Below are positions 53,567 to 62,576 of a stretch of 64,000 nucleotides of DNA, piece by piece; the first letter of the stretch is position 1, and every line of letters starts with the position of its first letter. The position numbers and the translations under genes were made by a program. Location: the IMG/VR virus record IMGVR_UViG_3300042451_000960; one strand, 5' to 3'. The stretch comes from a virus (taxonomy: Duplodnaviria > Caudoviricetes). The notes below the pieces were generated by a model. It worked only from the letters and a program-made list of their open reading frames with translations. It was not told the origin of the DNA and made no database searches.

Positions 53567-54000
53567 GTAAAGATACGAAATCTTTTTCAATTTTCCAAAA
53601 CTTTTTTTAAAGATTCTCAATTTTGTTTTCTGGCGAACCAATCAACTACTTTATTTTTGAATCTTAGTAAAGATACGATAATTTTTTCAAACTACCAAAT
53701 CTTTTTTTAATTAGTTAGTTAAAGTATCCGGCTTTGTAGTTTCTTTTCACTCTAACGAAACTAATGTTTAACGAGTCACTCAATCGGTTTTATTAGTTGA
53801 TGGCTTCAACCTTAACTTTGTAAAGATACGATAATTTTTTCAAACTACCAAATCTTTTTTGTTGCGGGGGAAGGATTCGAACCAACGGCCTCAAGGTTAT
53901 GAGCCTTGCGAGCTACCTCTGCTCTACCCCACAATATTATATTATTTAAAAGAACTTTGTAAAGATACAAATAATTTTTCAAACTACCAAATCTTTTTTT
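53567..54000 (-). repeat. Four tandem ~41-bp repeats, each a Bacteroidota promoter
   Basis: gtaaagatacgataattttttcaaactaccaaatctttttt-like units at 53567, 53667, 53820, 53959. Confidence 0.75.
53862..53933 (-). tRNA. tRNA-Met(CAT), initiator-like
   Basis: tgtggggtagagcag...caagg-ctcataa-ccttg. Confidence 0.85.
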
Positions 54001-54103
54001 CTAAATGTGGATAACTTTCATAAATGCCTCAGAATCAATGAGTTATACACATAGAATTAATAAGTATATACAAATATACTAAAAAGATACGAATCCGCCA
54101 AAT

Positions 54104-54790
54104 TTATTTTTTAGATTGTGCAACAAATGTTTGAGCTGCCTTAAATACAGGGTGTTTCTCATCGTATGCTAAAGCTGATTTAACTTTAATCATATTTCCT
54201 GTTGCTGGATTTTTAATAGTTTTGTCTAAAATATCTTTTGGTAATAAATGCATTAACTTTGTTTCATCATCAGAAACTTTAGGTTCTTCTGGCTTAAATA
54301 CAAAAGTTTTTCCGCCTTTTAGTTTTGAATAAGCTTGTTGTATTTTATCAGGAGAAAACTTACCAATATTTTCTACCTTACCATCTTTGAATATAAGAGT
54401 TGCGTTTCCTTTAGTTTGTTCACCACCAAAGATAACCGCATCCTGTCCGTATTTTTTACCTAAGTTGTGAATATCTTTTGCTGAAATATTTGGAACGAAA
54501 AGTGATTCTTCGATAGCATCTTTTAGTAAGTTCTTCGGACAATCTTCGTATGATAGGTTACCATCCTGGCACTCAACCCAATGACCTTCTACTTTAAAGA
54601 ATCCATGCCCCATCTGCCTTAATTCAGCTTCTAATTCTTTATTAAGTTTTTTATTTTGGTTTGGAGTATTAGAATATCTATATGCGGTAAGCATACCCCA
54701 ATTTTTCACACTCTTTTTGCCCTGAATGTGTTGGAGAACTCTACCTAAAGAAGCTTCATCCAAACGTACTACTTTACATCCTTTTTCCAT
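54104..54790 (-). CDS. Hypothetical protein, DUF3293-like
   Basis: WG.LTAYR...N..L...L...G.W.E...EES.FV...YGQDA. Confidence 0.5.
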   Translation of the reverse strand: MEKGCKVVRLDEASLGRVLQHIQGKKSVKNWGMLTAYRYSNTPNQNKKLNKELEAELRQMGHGFFKVEGHWVECQDGNLSYEDCPKNLLKDAIEESLFVPNISAKDIHNLGKKYGQDAVIFGGEQTKGNATLIFKDGKVENIGKFSPDKIQQAYSKLKGGKTFVFKPEEPKVSDDETKLMHLLPKDILDKTIKNPATGNMIKVKSALAYDEKHPVFKAAQTFVAQSKK

Positions 54791-55002
54791 TCATTGTATA
54801 TTTCATTAGATAAATATATAGAATCGTGAAAATGGATTTTTTCTTGCACCTTCTTTAGTCTTTCCGAAATACGGTCAATTTTAGTTTGACGAGCCCATTT
54901 ACCCATATTATTTACAGGTATGTGAGCTTCAGCACTTGCTAATTCTTCCTTTAATTCGGATTCTTTAAGTTTAAGTTTTAATATGTTTTCGTTGATTTCC
55001 AT
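54769..55002 (-). CDS. Coiled-coil hypothetical protein
   Basis: ORF track. Confidence 0.5.
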   Translation of the reverse strand: MEINENILKLKLKESELKEELASAEAHIPVNNMGKWARQTKIDRISERLKKVQEKIHFHDSIYLSNEIYNEWKKDVK

Positions 55003-55021
55003 CTATACAAAGATACTAAAT

Positions 55022-55270
55022 TTATTCGGATTTTCCAAATTTATTTAAACGTTTGGTAAACAATATATATGCCAACCAAAAGCAGCCTGAAATTGAGTAA
55101 AAGACCACGTCTGCTCCCCAATATGAGCCTGTTATATCCATCAATAGCTTGAACAGTGCATCGTACCCCAAAGGTAGAAAAAACATTGCCAGCATCAATG
55201 ATGTATCGCGATAGAGCATCAATCTGCTCTCTTTGTTTTCTAATTTTTTGATTGTTTTTTTCACTGTCAC
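55022..55270 (-). CDS. Small membrane protein
   Basis: FF.PLGYD.LFK; two hydrophobic segments. Confidence 0.55.
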   Translation of the reverse strand: MTVKKTIKKLENKESRLMLYRDTSLMLAMFFLPLGYDALFKLLMDITGSYWGADVVFYSISGCFWLAYILFTKRLNKFGKSE

Positions 55271-55309
55271 CGTCGTCCATATATGGTTTCTTTCGTTAAG
55301 GTTTGTAAC

Positions 55310-55957
55310 TTATTTTATTAATTTATTCTTAACTAACTGCTTAAATAAATATTCAGATACTTTTCTATCAGATGGATAATGTAATCCACTCAATTCTCTT
55401 ACTCTTTTTATTTGATGATAAAAGTCATCTACTTCATCCGCAATTTCCGGCTTCATTTTTCCAAAATGATATAATATTACTAAAAAATCTAAAGTATGAC
55501 CAGATGGATATGCTGCTGAATTTGCATCAGATGCGGTTATTGGATAAAGTGGTAAGTTTAGTTCCTTTGCCAATTGATATGGCCTTGGTCTATTGAACTT
55601 ATCTTTAAGGTAAAATAGAATCGGGTCCACATCACCAACCCATTTTAGTATTTCTTCCTTGCTAACATCTAATCCCAGCTTTTTTCCAACTATAACAAAG
55701 AAATCATAGTGATTGGTTTCTATTAACTTACAAAATTTTAAATCTTCTTCGGATGCTTCTTTTGTAATTCTTAACAAATAATCTAACTCGTTTTTAGTTT
55801 CTTCGGATGAATTTTTGGGAAATGGATGATTTTCTAATACATCTTTGATGATACCAGTTTCTTCGCAGTCTTTGATGATACCGGAACGGTCTTCTCTTAC
55901 CTTCTGCTCCTGTTCTTTAGTTGTATTACCATATTTAATATCATCCAAGTTCATCAA
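55310..55957 (-). CDS. PAP2-family phosphatase/haloperoxidase
   Basis: K..FNRPRP, AYPSGH, R..SGLHYPSD. Confidence 0.85.
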   Translation of the reverse strand: MMNLDDIKYGNTTKEQEQKVREDRSGIIKDCEETGIIKDVLENHPFPKNSSEETKNELDYLLRITKEASEEDLKFCKLIETNHYDFFVIVGKKLGLDVSKEEILKWVGDVDPILFYLKDKFNRPRPYQLAKELNLPLYPITASDANSAAYPSGHTLDFLVILYHFGKMKPEIADEVDDFYHQIKRVRELSGLHYPSDRKVSEYLFKQLVKNKLIK

Positions 55958-56396
55958 CTACTTTTTTCGTTTTAAATACATCGGTAATTTTTCTTACAAC
56001 ACTCTTTTTAAAATGACCCGAATCAATCACTTTAAAATCTTTACCGTTTCTATCTATAAACTGCCAATGTGCTTCAGTTAATCCAAACCAATCATCTATA
56101 TGGTTTAGTACATCTTTTGGTTTAAAATCCGAACAACTATAAATATCAAATTGAAACATAGCCGGATTTTCGTTATCCCAAACGTGAATAGATGCATGCG
56201 ATGTTGCTAATGTTACCGTTCCCGTTATCCCTTCGTTGCCCGGTTCATTAACATAAACCGATGTAGGACCTGCAACAACTTTCATTCCTACGTTGTCAAC
56301 CAATTGTGTAAACCATATGTTTAACACTTTTTCTGTTTGTGGTGGGGATTTTAAGTATCCCTTTACCAATAGATGCAAATGATTTGGTACGAACAT
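55941..56396 (-). CDS. S-adenosylmethionine decarboxylase proenzyme-like
   Basis: GITG.V.LATSHASIHVW...FDIYSC. Confidence 0.75.
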   Translation of the reverse strand: MFVPNHLHLLVKGYLKSPPQTEKVLNIWFTQLVDNVGMKVVAGPTSVYVNEPGNEGITGTVTLATSHASIHVWDNENPAMFQFDIYSCSDFKPKDVLNHIDDWFGLTEAHWQFIDRNGKDFKVIDSGHFKKSVVRKITDVFKTKKVVDELG

Positions 56397-56423
56397 TATT
56401 TATTTTTTGTATAAATATAGTTT

Positions 56424-56789
56424 TTACCAGTAAGCCTCTTTTTTACTTTTCTTTTTGGGTTTTTTTTCTCCGTTTTGTAGCTTTTGGATTTCAGCACACC
56501 TTTCATATTCTTCCACCTCAATATAATATTCCATCATCTTTCGTAGTGTTAAATCAATATCGTCCTTCGATATGATAAAATCCACATTAATAGGTGGTTC
56601 TTTAAGTGCCGCCGGTCTTCTTCTTTGTGGTATCTTTGGTGATACCTGAAGTACTACTCTATCATCTTCTTCGGATTCTACAAAATCAAATACATTGGAA
56701 TATATGGAATCCATAATTACTCCTTTGTTATTATCAGCCCATTCTTCTATGGGAGTTCCAAAATCTATGTATATTTTTTTTGGTGTCAT
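56424..56789 (-). CDS. Hypothetical protein with C-terminal UVR-like motif
   Basis: EVEEYERCAEI. Confidence 0.55.
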   Translation of the reverse strand: MTPKKIYIDFGTPIEEWADNNKGVIMDSIYSNVFDFVESEEDDRVVLQVSPKIPQRRRPAALKEPPINVDFIISKDDIDLTLRKMMEYYIEVEEYERCAEIQKLQNGEKKPKKKSKKEAYW

Positions 56790-57418
56790 ATTTTTGGGAA
56801 TAGTATGTTTTCCATAAAATAACGAGCTTTTTCCTCACCAATCTTAGCTTTTAATGCTGAAAATGTTCGAGGGTTTGTTGCCTGTATTTGACAATAAATA
56901 TTCTGCTTCTCTATTACACTATTAATATCTTCTACTTTCTTTTCCATCCATAAGATAGAATTAAGATACCAATCATATCTGTCCAACACCCAATCACAAA
57001 AACGAATAAATTCTTCATTACTTTCCGGCTTCAACATTATAAACTTATCAGAAAATACAGTAGCCCATTCAGGTAATGGTTTCCTATCCTTAAAATCAAT
57101 ACCATTATCAAATGGGTAATCCTTCAGACCCGGACTCAAATCCATATAACATCCTGTTACTTTGTTTTCAGTACAAATTACATCAAACCCAAATATAGGT
57201 TCTGGACTCCATTTGTGTGGAAAGGTAGTAAAGTGAAGTACTTCTATATTCTTATCCCAATACCTTTCGATATGGGCCAAACGAAATGTGGAAGATTCGT
57301 AACGATGATTAACCCATCCAAAGTCTTCGGTAAATACAGTCCCAACTTTAGGTGCAGCTAACACCATTTGTTGAAACTTATTCGCCAGCTGATTCAGATA
57401 TTCGTTGTAGTTCATCAA
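56786..57418 (-). CDS. Ferredoxin-dependent bilin reductase (PcyA/PcyX-like)
   Basis: R..HIE...VLH..FP...PIFGFD (His-Asp 17 apart, as PcyA H88/D105), DLSP, LPEWA..FS, Q..NPRT. Confidence 0.8.
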   Translation of the reverse strand: MMNYNEYLNQLANKFQQMVLAAPKVGTVFTEDFGWVNHRYESSTFRLAHIERYWDKNIEVLHFTTFPHKWSPEPIFGFDVICTENKVTGCYMDLSPGLKDYPFDNGIDFKDRKPLPEWATVFSDKFIMLKPESNEEFIRFCDWVLDRYDWYLNSILWMEKKVEDINSVIEKQNIYCQIQATNPRTFSALKAKIGEEKARYFMENILFPKI

Positions 57419-57923
57419 AAATAGCTATATTGTAATCTAATGCTTTGTTTGCTTCGTCTGCCCATTCATCTTTTTGAATTGCTCTAATACTTCCAGCAAC
57501 TTCCCTCATATCACCATCGAACTCATACATCTTACCATTACCAGGAACTTTTGATTTCATCATCTGCCCACCAAACATTAGGGCTAAGTAGTTAAGATAA
57601 ATGTGCGGAAGTATTTCTTCATCCGATAATGATTTAATATATAAAAAATATTTTTCAGTTGAATCTAAAAGGTCAATTTCCAACCCAGCATCATCGCCAA
57701 TTTCCATCAGTTCTTGAATATCTTTTAAGATATTATCAACTCTGTTAAGGGATGGGTGTGGTAGTGTTCTACCTCTTTCTATCGCATCGAATATTCCTAA
57801 TTGTTGGCAAAGATATGCGATATATTCTTCTTTACTCAATTCTCCGTTTAACATTCTTTGATTGAATGTCATTTTTTCTGCTAACGAATGCTTCTCAGCG
57901 ATTGCTTCTTTTAATGGTAACAT
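57378..57923 (-). CDS. Heme oxygenase
   Basis: LKE....H..AE, H.Y..YL..MFGGQM, EA..A...N...F.EL. Confidence 0.85.
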   Translation of the reverse strand: MLPLKEAIAEKHSLAEKMTFNQRMLNGELSKEEYIAYLCQQLGIFDAIERGRTLPHPSLNRVDNILKDIQELMEIGDDAGLEIDLLDSTEKYFLYIKSLSDEEILPHIYLNYLALMFGGQMMKSKVPGNGKMYEFDGDMREVAGSIRAIQKDEWADEANKALDYNIAIFDELQRISESAGE

Positions 57924-58170
57924 ATTTTGTGTTTTTGATTTTATAAAATAGCATTATTCCTACTAATGCCGTATTGAATACATAGTTTAATAATAATGGA
58001 AGGTCTTTCATTGGTATAATATATGTAAGCATGAAAAGTTCGCCACCAAACCAAAGTAACAAAAAGTTCCATCCTAAATGACATTTGTTATCTTTAATAG
58101 TGCGAACCACTTCTGGAATACCACATACTGCTAAAAGTATGCTACCAATAAATCCGATTGTTTCCATCAT
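57895..58170 (-). CDS. PQ-loop/SemiSWEET-like membrane protein
   Basis: G.IG..LLA.CG.PE; PL..NY..N. Confidence 0.65.
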   Translation of the reverse strand: MMETIGFIGSILLAVCGIPEVVRTIKDNKCHLGWNFLLLWFGGELFMLTYIIPMKDLPLLLNYVFNTALVGIMLFYKIKNTKYVTIKRSNR

Positions 58171-58181
58171 ACTGTCTACTC

Positions 58182-58391
58182 TTAGAAATCACCTTCGGTG
58201 TGAACGAGATTATCATCCCATCCATCCCTACCAGCAATTTTGGTTACATCAGCATCATTGTCCCAATTCAGAAAATCTTCTCCTTTGTAATCAGGATGAT
58301 TTTCTTTCATGTAGTCAATACCCCTTACCCATCTCCACGCTAACAAACCGCAAGAAAGAACAATAAATGTAACTAAGCCCAAAGTTACCAT
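58182..58391 (-). CDS. Small membrane protein
   Basis: GID.M...HPDYKGED. Confidence 0.55.
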   Translation of the reverse strand: MVTLGLVTFIVLSCGLLAWRWVRGIDYMKENHPDYKGEDFLNWDNDADVTKIAGRDGWDDNLVHTEGDF

Positions 58392-58418
58392 ATATTATTG
58401 TTTTTGTTTTTTCCTTGC

Positions 58419-58985
58419 TTAATCCCACCAAGCTCTCATATCAGTACCATCATAATTTTTACCGTACTTCTTTGAGTTCTTAGTGCCTTTAAAAATTTCC
58501 CACAATTCTTTCCACTCACTATCTTCAATCTCACGTGCTCTTTTGAATACGTTACGATTATGTTCTTTTTGTTCCGGTGTATCTCTATCAATCATTACAC
58601 CTTCCTCATCCAATTCCCAATCCCATCTAGTAATAGGACCTAATTCAGCTTCAGCTCTTTCTACAAAGTTATCTTCTCTATTATTACGAAGTAACTCCAA
58701 AGCCCTTCTCATAGATTTCACTTTTGGTTCTCTAGTCTCGCTCACTTCCATTCCCTTCGTACCCATTCCCTTTTCCATTATGATAAGAGAACGTTCCATC
58801 ATATTCAAAGTGTAACGATAATCCCACCATTGATGGTCCCATAACTCCCTTCTGAATCTCCACACATTCTTTACAAAGAGTGGAATATCATATCGGAAGG
58901 TGGCATAGGTTCGGTATAACCAATGCTGATGCCATATTAGTCTTTTAAGTGATTTAGTAAAAGAATCTGTAATTTGTACTTTCAT
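58419..58985 (-). CDS. Conserved phage hypothetical protein
   Basis: W.FR..LW....WDY...C-terminal WWD. Confidence 0.6.
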   Translation of the reverse strand: MKVQITDSFTKSLKRLIWHQHWLYRTYATFRYDIPLFVKNVWRFRRELWDHQWWDYRYTLNMMERSLIIMEKGMGTKGMEVSETREPKVKSMRRALELLRNNREDNFVERAEAELGPITRWDWELDEEGVMIDRDTPEQKEHNRNVFKRAREIEDSEWKELWEIFKGTKNSKKYGKNYDGTDMRAWWD

Positions 58986-59180
58986 ATTACTTTTTCTTTT
59001 TAAATAAGTCACTTAACTTCTTTGTTGGTCTTATTGTTCGAAGTCCACCATCTTCTGTCTCTTGCATTAAAGGTGCTCTCCAAATTTCATAGGCCATCCA
59101 AAGTGATACTACCACTAAAATGATTCCGAAAATTGTATATCCACTCATATATATTAATTTTAATTAAAAAAGTTGGGTTT

Positions 59181-59423
59181 TTATAAAGTTTTTTCTATTC
59201 GTATTGTTATACCAGCATTTCCAGCTGATACAAAATATGTGTTGTATCTATTATCATTTATCCAACCATATTTATCAAATCTAAAAACGATTACATCATT
59301 ACCTTCAAACAAACAATGTATGGCATTTGTAGCATAATCAATAGAGGGTTCTCTTAAGAGTCCCATCTTCCAACTATTTACAAATTCCGGCTCTAACTCA
59401 TCCGGTAAGATATTAATTATCAT
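59181..59423 (-). CDS. Hypothetical protein
   Basis: ATGA-coupled start at 59423. Confidence 0.5.
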   Translation of the reverse strand: MIINILPDELEPEFVNSWKMGLLREPSIDYATNAIHCLFEGNDVIVFRFDKYGWINDNRYNTYFVSAGNAGITIRIEKTL

Positions 59424-59770
59424 TTCCAAAAAATTTGAACTCCCAATATGCAACATGCCAACATCAAACACACAAACGTTTTCATAGTTATTGGTTCTTT
59501 AAACATTAAGATACTCATTATAGCAAATACAATTATACCTATTGCAAATCCTATTAATCTACTAGGCCATATTTCACCATTATAAGCAACAACAAAATGC
59601 TCTACCGATTTCATAAATAGGTAAGCCATTGGTATTGATGTTAAAAGCGTCAATATTGGATATTTGGATAATAATCCCCATTTAATATTACCTTGTAATT
59701 GTACAAAAGTAATAATTTGGGCCACCAATCCATATAACGCACCCTTACAAAATTCAACTATAAAATTCAT
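59420..59770 (-). CDS. Small multidrug/EamA-like membrane protein
   Basis: Four hydrophobic segments; W.SR..GF..G; F.EP.T.K. Confidence 0.55.
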   Translation of the reverse strand: MNFIVEFCKGALYGLVAQIITFVQLQGNIKWGLLSKYPILTLLTSIPMAYLFMKSVEHFVVAYNGEIWPSRLIGFAIGIIVFAIMSILMFKEPITMKTFVCLMLACCILGVQIFWK

Positions 59771-59798
59771 TTTACAAATATACGAAAAATTCCTGAGA

Positions 59799-60344
59799 TT
59801 ACCAAAGACTTGCTGAACCAAATGTCATTGTACTACCATTATTAATGACATGACTTACAATACCGGTTTTACCATTTTTGGAATTAAGCCTATCCCTAAG
59901 AAATGTTAGAAAATTCTTCACCTCTGTATCAGTTATTACTAAACTCTCAACAGTACTTAAAAAAATGGTTGGGTCTTTTAGGTGTTCCTTTACTACATAC
60001 CTTTCCAAATGAATTGGTATTGTTGTAAATTGTTTAGGCGGAAATATCTTAACGCTCAGTTCCATATTATCAGCCCACAAATCTACTCTCACAAACTGGT
60101 CACCATCCACCATTTCATATACATCAATGGTATAACGTGATTCTAATATTTGAGTTCCGGATACTCTCATAGGAACTCCAGCTATCTCAAATACTTTATT
60201 ATCTAACTTATTCCAATTTTCTATCTTCACACCTTTATCATCATTAGCCAGTAATATACATGCTAAATGATTATTACCAACTAAGTAATCATAATCTACA
60301 TCAGATGTATCTTGTCCGCAGTATTGGCAAATCCATTTACTCAT
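59799..60344 (-). CDS. Zn-finger plus MLTIEN-like domain protein
   Basis: N-terminal CQYCG...H..C; internal VKIENWNKL. Confidence 0.5.
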   Translation of the reverse strand: MSKWICQYCGQDTSDVDYDYLVGNNHLACILLANDDKGVKIENWNKLDNKVFEIAGVPMRVSGTQILESRYTIDVYEMVDGDQFVRVDLWADNMELSVKIFPPKQFTTIPIHLERYVVKEHLKDPTIFLSTVESLVITDTEVKNFLTFLRDRLNSKNGKTGIVSHVINNGSTMTFGSASLW

Positions 60345-60700
60345 TTTATTATACCATGTGGTTTTGGTCTTCCGTTTTCATCTACCGCAACAAATACAAT
60401 CTTATCAATTTTAATGATAGTTTGCTTAGTATCTTTATTTCGAACTTCGCATGAAATTGTAACTGATGTTGTACCAAATTGTACTAACTCGCATCCTATC
60501 TCAATAATGTCACCAGTTTTTGCAGATGCCACAAAGTTGATTTCACTCATTGCCTTTGTAACAATACTTCGCTCACCTAATTGGCATATTGTAAATATGG
60601 ATGCTTCTTCATCTATCCACTTCAATACCTGTCCGCCAAATAGTGTGCCTCTAGCATTTAGGTCACCGGGCTTTATTAATTTTCTCGTTCTAAATTTCAT
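60341..60700 (-). CDS. Hotdog-fold acyl-CoA thioesterase
   Basis: P.DLN..GTLFGG..L.WIDE. Confidence 0.88.
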   Translation of the reverse strand: MKFRTRKLIKPGDLNARGTLFGGQVLKWIDEEASIFTICQLGERSIVTKAMSEINFVASAKTGDIIEIGCELVQFGTTSVTISCEVRNKDTKQTIIKIDKIVFVAVDENGRPKPHGIIK

Positions 60701-60935
60701 CTCTAACTCTTTTAATATCTATACATTCATCCCTCTTTATATCATCAAATGATTTCCATAGAGTAAATTTCTTTCCAACTCTAGGAAGGGAATGATGCTC
60801 TCTATGCCCACACCATTTACATTCTCTTACTACTACTCTAATAGTTGGTAGACCCATTGGGTGATTTGTAACTGGATGTTTTTCTTTTCGGTATTCCCAG
60901 TTGTGGCAACCGATGTAACAAAAGGGGTTGTGCAT
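60690..60935 (-). CDS. Small Cys/His protein
   Basis: C..G.H.W...R.C..CG. Confidence 0.5.
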   Translation of the reverse strand: MHNPFCYIGCHNWEYRKEKHPVTNHPMGLPTIRVVVRECKWCGHREHHSLPRVGKKFTLWKSFDDIKRDECIDIKRVRDEI

Positions 60936-60938
60936 AAC

Positions 60939-61697
60939 TTATATTTTATATCCTAATTTTTCAAATGCTTCATCCATATGACCATTCATATAATGTTGTA
61001 TTGCCAAATGCGATTCCGGCTCAGCTATATCTGGTAATCCTATGTTATATGGGTCTAATGCCAATGATTTATACTTTGATTCAAATAATATTCTTGAATC
61101 ATGCAATAGATAAATTCCGTTTTCATACATCGCTCTACCCAAAACCCAATCATCAATTGTACAATCCAAAGGGTCTTCAACTATTCTCATATCTCTTTGT
61201 GCAATTTCCATTGCTTTTTTACTAACCAAATATCCACACCCACTAGCTATATATCCGCTTTTTAACACATAGTATCTATTAATATGAAATGGATTCCAAC
61301 CATCATTCGGATGACAACAACCCATATAATCAATATTTGATATTTCATTAAAATTTTGAATAAGCATATTATGAAATCTCTTAGGAGCAACGAATGAATC
61401 TGAATCAATTCTGAAATAGTATTCATATCCTGTTTCTTCTAATATCCATTTTATTGGTAACCTAATTGATTTATCATATAAGCCCAACTTTGTATCATCT
61501 GCTTTAAACCAAATTATATCTTCTTCTATTTTATAGTAATGTTCCAAATCAGGGTTACCAATTGCTATGTAAACATGGTATCCCATATTTCTCAAAGAAG
61601 TTACCCAAGTCCTTCTACATTCTTTCCAATTTTGGTCCCACGGCTCAATTGTTGTGCCGGTTACCATAATTACCATTTTAGATATATCAAAAGCCAT
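60939..61697 (-). CDS. GT31/fringe-like glycosyltransferase
   Basis: YYFRIDSDSFV (DxD), ASGCGY.VS, DDWVLG. Confidence 0.7.
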   Translation of the reverse strand: MAFDISKMVIMVTGTTIEPWDQNWKECRRTWVTSLRNMGYHVYIAIGNPDLEHYYKIEEDIIWFKADDTKLGLYDKSIRLPIKWILEETGYEYYFRIDSDSFVAPKRFHNMLIQNFNEISNIDYMGCCHPNDGWNPFHINRYYVLKSGYIASGCGYLVSKKAMEIAQRDMRIVEDPLDCTIDDWVLGRAMYENGIYLLHDSRILFESKYKSLALDPYNIGLPDIAEPESHLAIQHYMNGHMDEAFEKLGYKI

Positions 61698-61698
61698 A

Positions 61699-62349
61699 TT
61701 ATTTTTTCTTCAAAATTAAAGGTATAATAAACGCTAATAAAGTTAAGATTGAGAATACTGCATCTATGCTTTCAGTATTCAAATCATGCAACCAATATGA
61801 TGATACTAACTTCAATCCCAATGCTCCAATTACCCAATATGCTACTCTCTCCAATATAGGATTTTTCTCTAACACTTTCACAAACTTTGTTGTTGCAAAT
61901 CTCATAGCAAGGATACCAATGAATACCCCACCACATATCAACCATAAGTTAGGTGTGAATGCTACAGCGGCAAATACATTATCAATACTGAATACTAAAT
62001 CCATCATCTCAATTGCTACGATAGTAGACCAAAGTGCTGATAGAAATGGTATCTTAATTGTCATCTTACTCTCACCACCCTGCTCAACTTTTGAAGATAG
62101 GGCTTTATATGCTAAGTACATAAGATACAATCCACCTGCTACTTTCAACCATACCAATTTGATAAGAACGGATGCGAATAGTAAAGCTAATCCTCTAAAA
62201 AGGTATGCTCCCGCTATCCCGTAAGTCAGCGCCTTTTTTTGCTGGTCTTTTGGTAACTCCTTTACCATCGCCGCAAGTACAGCCGCATTGTCTATACTTA
62301 GTACAATTTCCAAAATCATTATGTTTAGGAAAATCAGTAACTCTGTCAT
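61699..62349 (-). CDS. TerC-family membrane protein
   Basis: LE.VLSIDNA.V, DLVFSIDNV.AA. Confidence 0.9.
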   Translation of the reverse strand: MTELLIFLNIMILEIVLSIDNAAVLAAMVKELPKDQQKKALTYGIAGAYLFRGLALLFASVLIKLVWLKVAGGLYLMYLAYKALSSKVEQGGESKMTIKIPFLSALWSTIVAIEMMDLVFSIDNVFAAVAFTPNLWLICGGVFIGILAMRFATTKFVKVLEKNPILERVAYWVIGALGLKLVSSYWLHDLNTESIDAVFSILTLLAFIIPLILKKK

Positions 62350-62566
62350 TGTTTTCTTTTTTTATTTCTGAATGTTCGTATGGATAACTATCCAATAAGG
62401 TTATTTTTTCATCTAAGGTAATTATATGTTGTCTTAGATTTTCATTATCTCTACTTAATTGTTCTATCTCCAATTCTCTACCTTTGAATCGGGCATAGTT
62501 TAGGAAAGCAATAGTTCCAAATATAACGCAAAGTATTGCTAATCCATATTGTTTAATTGTGTTCAT
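62195..62566 (-). CDS. Membrane-anchored coiled-coil protein (3' end overlaps TerC)
   Basis: N-terminal TM followed by heptads. Confidence 0.45.
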   Translation of the reverse strand: MNTIKQYGLAILCVIFGTIAFLNYARFKGRELEIEQLSRDNENLRQHIITLDEKITLLDSYPYEHSEIKKENNDRVTDFPKHNDFGNCTKYRQCGCTCGDGKGVTKRPAKKGADLRDSGSIPF

Positions 62567-62576
62567 ATTTTTTGTT

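Noticed and set aside
46510-53933. Stop-codon recoding or suppressor tRNA
   Set aside because: No CTA, TTA or TCA anticodon found; ORFs read intact in the standard code and TAG serves as a stop (e.g. 48619)
53567-54000. Repeat-spacer pattern resembling a CRISPR array
   Set aside because: Repeats are promoter consensus sequences, spacers are uneven (55-113 nt) and one is a tRNA; no cas genes are present
4098-62224. Numerous + strand ORFs antisense to minus-strand genes (e.g. 20383-20697, 61766-62224)
   Set aside because: Shadow ORFs opposite well-supported genes; no motifs or promoters
62195-62349. 155-nt overlap of the 62195-62566 ORF with terC suggesting a frameshift
   Set aside because: No clear slippery site or stimulator; a lost stop codon explains it more simply
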